Shown: piece by piece, positions 61,686 through 64,000 of the stretch
How positions within the stretch are numbered: the stretch's first letter is position 1
Layout of the letters: each line of letters begins with the position of its first letter
Assembly: GCA_965201075.1 (NCBI GenBank)
Contig: CBDAVP010000014.1
Location: 62,001-126,000 of the forward strand
Direction: 5' to 3'
DNA: 64,000 nucleotides
Source: Isosphaeraceae bacterium
GTDB lineage: Bacteria > Planctomycetota > Planctomycetia > Isosphaerales > Isosphaeraceae
Notes under the pieces: model-generated
The model's database searches: none
The model's input: the letters and a program-made list of their open reading frames with translations, nothing else
Told to the model about the DNA's origin: nothing
Made by a program: the position numbers and the translations under genes

Positions 61686-62843
61686 CTACACGATCAAGGT
61701 GTCGGGCGAGGAGACCGGCGGGGCCTTCGCCCTGGTTGAGGCCAGGGCCTTCAGGACGTCCACGTACGCCTTGACGCCGCCCTTGAATCGCTCGGCCCGG
61801 TTGCCCCAGGTCCGCATCTGCCGGGCATCGACCACGCCGGATGGCCGGGGGCCGGGCAGCACCGGCTTGCTGCTGAACTTCCTCGGGTCGAGGACGCTGT
61901 ACATGTCCAGGTCCCGCTTCGACGTCGGGGACCGCATGTAGAGGCCGTTCAGGTGGTCGGGCTGGAAGACGTTGGCCTTCGAGCGGGGCTGGCCACGGTC
62001 GAGGTAATACTGGCTGTAGAGGTTGACGTTGTGCATGTCGATGCAGCCCATCTCGCCGAAGATCAACTGGACGCAGAAGCCCGCCTTGGCCTGGGCCAGA
62101 CCCTTGACGTTGGCGAGCAGGTATTCGAAGACGGCGATGGTGTCCTTCTTCGCCACGAGGTTCATGACCGAACCGAAGATGGATTCCCTGCGGTTCCAGA
62201 CATCGGTCACGCCGTCGTACTTGAAGCCGAAGATTTGCCCGCCGACCCCGTAACCACGGCGATACACCTTGCCCGTCTTGCTCGTCACCCTCAGGTTCGG
62301 GTGGGACCCGGACGCCTGCCTGGCCATCATCTCGGTGAGCTTGGCCTCCAGTTCGCCGGGGGCCATCGGCCTGTCCTGGGAGTAGGCCATCAGGGCCGAC
62401 ATGAGGAGCGGGAAGGTCTGCATGACCTGCATGAAATCGGCCCGGATTGTCAGGAGCACGAAGACGATCGCCGAGGCCATGTTCTCGGGGCTCGCCTGGG
62501 GGAAGGCGGCGATGTACGGCTGGTCCCGGACGAAATGGCTCAGCAGCTTGGGCACGTCCTGGGCGTTCATGCCCTGAATACGTCCCAGGCTGTCCAGGGG
62601 CACAAGGAAGTTCTGGTCCGGGCCTCGGATGATGCGGGGACCGCCGCCGGGCGGGGCGGGGAGGGCCCTGTCGAGGTGGCGGCCGGGGAAATGCAGAGGG
62701 AAGTCCCTCTTGCCCGGCTCCAGGGTGATCGGCCCGCCGCTGGCCTCGAAGAACTCGACCACCAGGCGGTGGAGGGCGAGGATCCCTTCGATTGTCGGGT
62801 CGTCGAGCCGGTCGGTCTCCTCAAGCCACTCCTTGAACTTCAT
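61686..62843 (-). CDS. Phage-like HhH DNA glycosylase-like protein; 3' end runs into a cupin fragment
   Basis: FVLLTIR and VKGLAQAKAGFCVQL...GCIDMHN (HhH plus Asp); N-terminus MKFKEWLEE. Confidence 0.6.
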   Translation of the reverse strand: MKFKEWLEETDRLDDPTIEGILALHRLVVEFFEASGGPITLEPGKRDFPLHFPGRHLDRALPAPPGGGPRIIRGPDQNFLVPLDSLGRIQGMNAQDVPKLLSHFVRDQPYIAAFPQASPENMASAIVFVLLTIRADFMQVMQTFPLLMSALMAYSQDRPMAPGELEAKLTEMMARQASGSHPNLRVTSKTGKVYRRGYGVGGQIFGFKYDGVTDVWNRRESIFGSVMNLVAKKDTIAVFEYLLANVKGLAQAKAGFCVQLIFGEMGCIDMHNVNLYSQYYLDRGQPRSKANVFQPDHLNGLYMRSPTSKRDLDMYSVLDPRKFSSKPVLPGPRPSGVVDARQMRTWGNRAERFKGGVKAYVDVLKALASTRAKAPPVSSPDTLIV

Positions 62844-62848
62844 GAACG

Positions 62849-62854
62849 TATCTA
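62849..62854 (-). promoter_or_regulatory. TAGATA box 5 nt before ATG (phage late-promoter-like)
   Basis: Minus strand cgTAGATAcgttcATG, inside the palindrome GAACGTA-TC-TACGTTC. Confidence 0.5.
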
Positions 62855-62969
62855 CGTTCGACGGACCGTTTTTCCCTCTCGGGCGACTCGTTCGTCCGGG
62901 GGGTCGGGCGGGCTGATGCCTCGCCTGCGGGGACCATGCGCCTCACCCGTCACGACGTCGAATTCGTCA

Positions 62970-64000
62970 TCAAGAGATCACTCGCCCCCCAAGCTGCCCG
63001 CTGCACTGGTCGACGATCTGGGCGGCGACCTGATTGACCCCGTAGCCACCCGGCAGCCGGACCATCGGTTTGCCGTGGTCGTCGCAGAACCGCTTGACCC
63101 CTTCGTACGAGTGGCTCGACCAGCGGATCGCCAGCAGCACTAGAACGACCTTCGGGCGGGCGACGTACGGCTCGAAGACGTCGATCGACTCGTGCTCCCT
63201 CGTCTCGAACCAGATCAGTTCGTCCAGCCCGAAGGCCGACTCGAGCGCCCGCTGGGCCTCGGGACGCCTCATGCCCCCGATCAGCAGCACGGTCTTGCCC
63301 TCCAACAGCCGGGCGACTTCGGCGACCTGGACGGTCGGGGCGTCGGCGGCCGTGGCCCCGGACGTCAACGTGCGGCCCGCCAGGTAGCGGTCGATTTCCC
63401 TGAACACGAGGTCGAAGCCTTGAGAGAACTCCTCCTCCTCGGGAAGCTTCTCCAGGACTGGCAGTAGGACCTCACGTACATCGACGCTGCTGGCCGGGAC
63501 ACCCAATCCCAGTAATTCGTCGATCGCCCCGGCGACCTTCCGCCAGTGGTGCAGGCCCTCGGTCCCCTCGCCGATCAACTTGGCGTGGTAGCGGAGCCGG
63601 CTCATGGCCGACTTTCTCCCCCTGGCCCGCCCCCGCACGTCATCGAACCTCTTGTCCAGGTCCTCCAGGCGGCCGTCGAAGTCGGGGTGGGCCGCCGGGT
63701 CGGCCGGGTCGTCAAGGCGCATGTGGCGGCGGATGTAGATTTGCTCCCTGGAGGCTACCCCACGAAGCCAGTCGTAGGCCCGGTACTGGTCGGGGTCCTG
63801 GGTGCGGTTGATCCGCTCGACGACCACTCGCAACGCCGACTGGGCCTCCGCCACCAGGTCGAGCGCCGGCTCGAAGAACTCCCGGTTGGCCTCGACGTCC
63901 GGCAGCATCCCCCGCACCAAGGCGACCGCATCGGCGACCGCCTCGAACCACCCGGCCACGCCCTCCAACGACGCCGGCTCACCGGGGGAGGCGAAGTCGG
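62970..64000 (-). CDS. Hypothetical protein with DUF2325-like C-terminus; 5' end outside window
   Basis: Frame open to the window edge; VLLIGG...SSHS...C..HGKP.VRL. Confidence 0.65.
   Translation of the reverse strand, partial: DFASPGEPASLEGVAGWFEAVADAVALVRGMLPDVEANREFFEPALDLVAEAQSALRVVVERINRTQDPDQYRAYDWLRGVASREQIYIRRHMRLDDPADPAAHPDFDGRLEDLDKRFDDVRGRARGRKSAMSRLRYHAKLIGEGTEGLHHWRKVAGAIDELLGLGVPASSVDVREVLLPVLEKLPEEEEFSQGFDLVFREIDRYLAGRTLTSGATAADAPTVQVAEVARLLEGKTVLLIGGMRRPEAQRALESAFGLDELIWFETREHESIDVFEPYVARPKVVLVLLAIRWSSHSYEGVKRFCDDHGKPMVRLPGGYGVNQVAAQIVDQCSGQLGGRVIS

Overview
High-GC bacterial DNA that reads like a Planctomycetota genome (inferred from gene families and integrase style). Almost the whole window looks like the left part of a large genomic island. 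It starts at a 3' fragment of tRNA-Gly(CCC) (att site, 766-814) beside a tyrosine integrase, and the right end is not in the window. Cargo: defence-like loci (TIR-like protein, caspase + HEPN-like pair, PD-(D/E)xK nuclease + trypsin-like protease pair), an immunity-like gene run, RNA/DNA repair and healing enzymes, two intact IS elements (IS3, IS4) with target duplications, a primase-like Rep and many decayed or chimeric genes. Two signals stand out. (1) Four scattered phage-like genes share a TA[G/T]ATA box 4-5 nt before the ATG, resembling T4-type late promoters, and three start with an FxE/Q-W/Y motif like T4 capsid-targeting sequences, suggesting genes switched on by an infecting phage and possibly packaged into its head. 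(2) Two tandem tRNA-like genes have an identical body, different self-complementary anticodon arms (GCA and CCA) and a 13-bp extended acceptor stem, and sit among repair genes. Family names come from motif recognition only; no searches were run.
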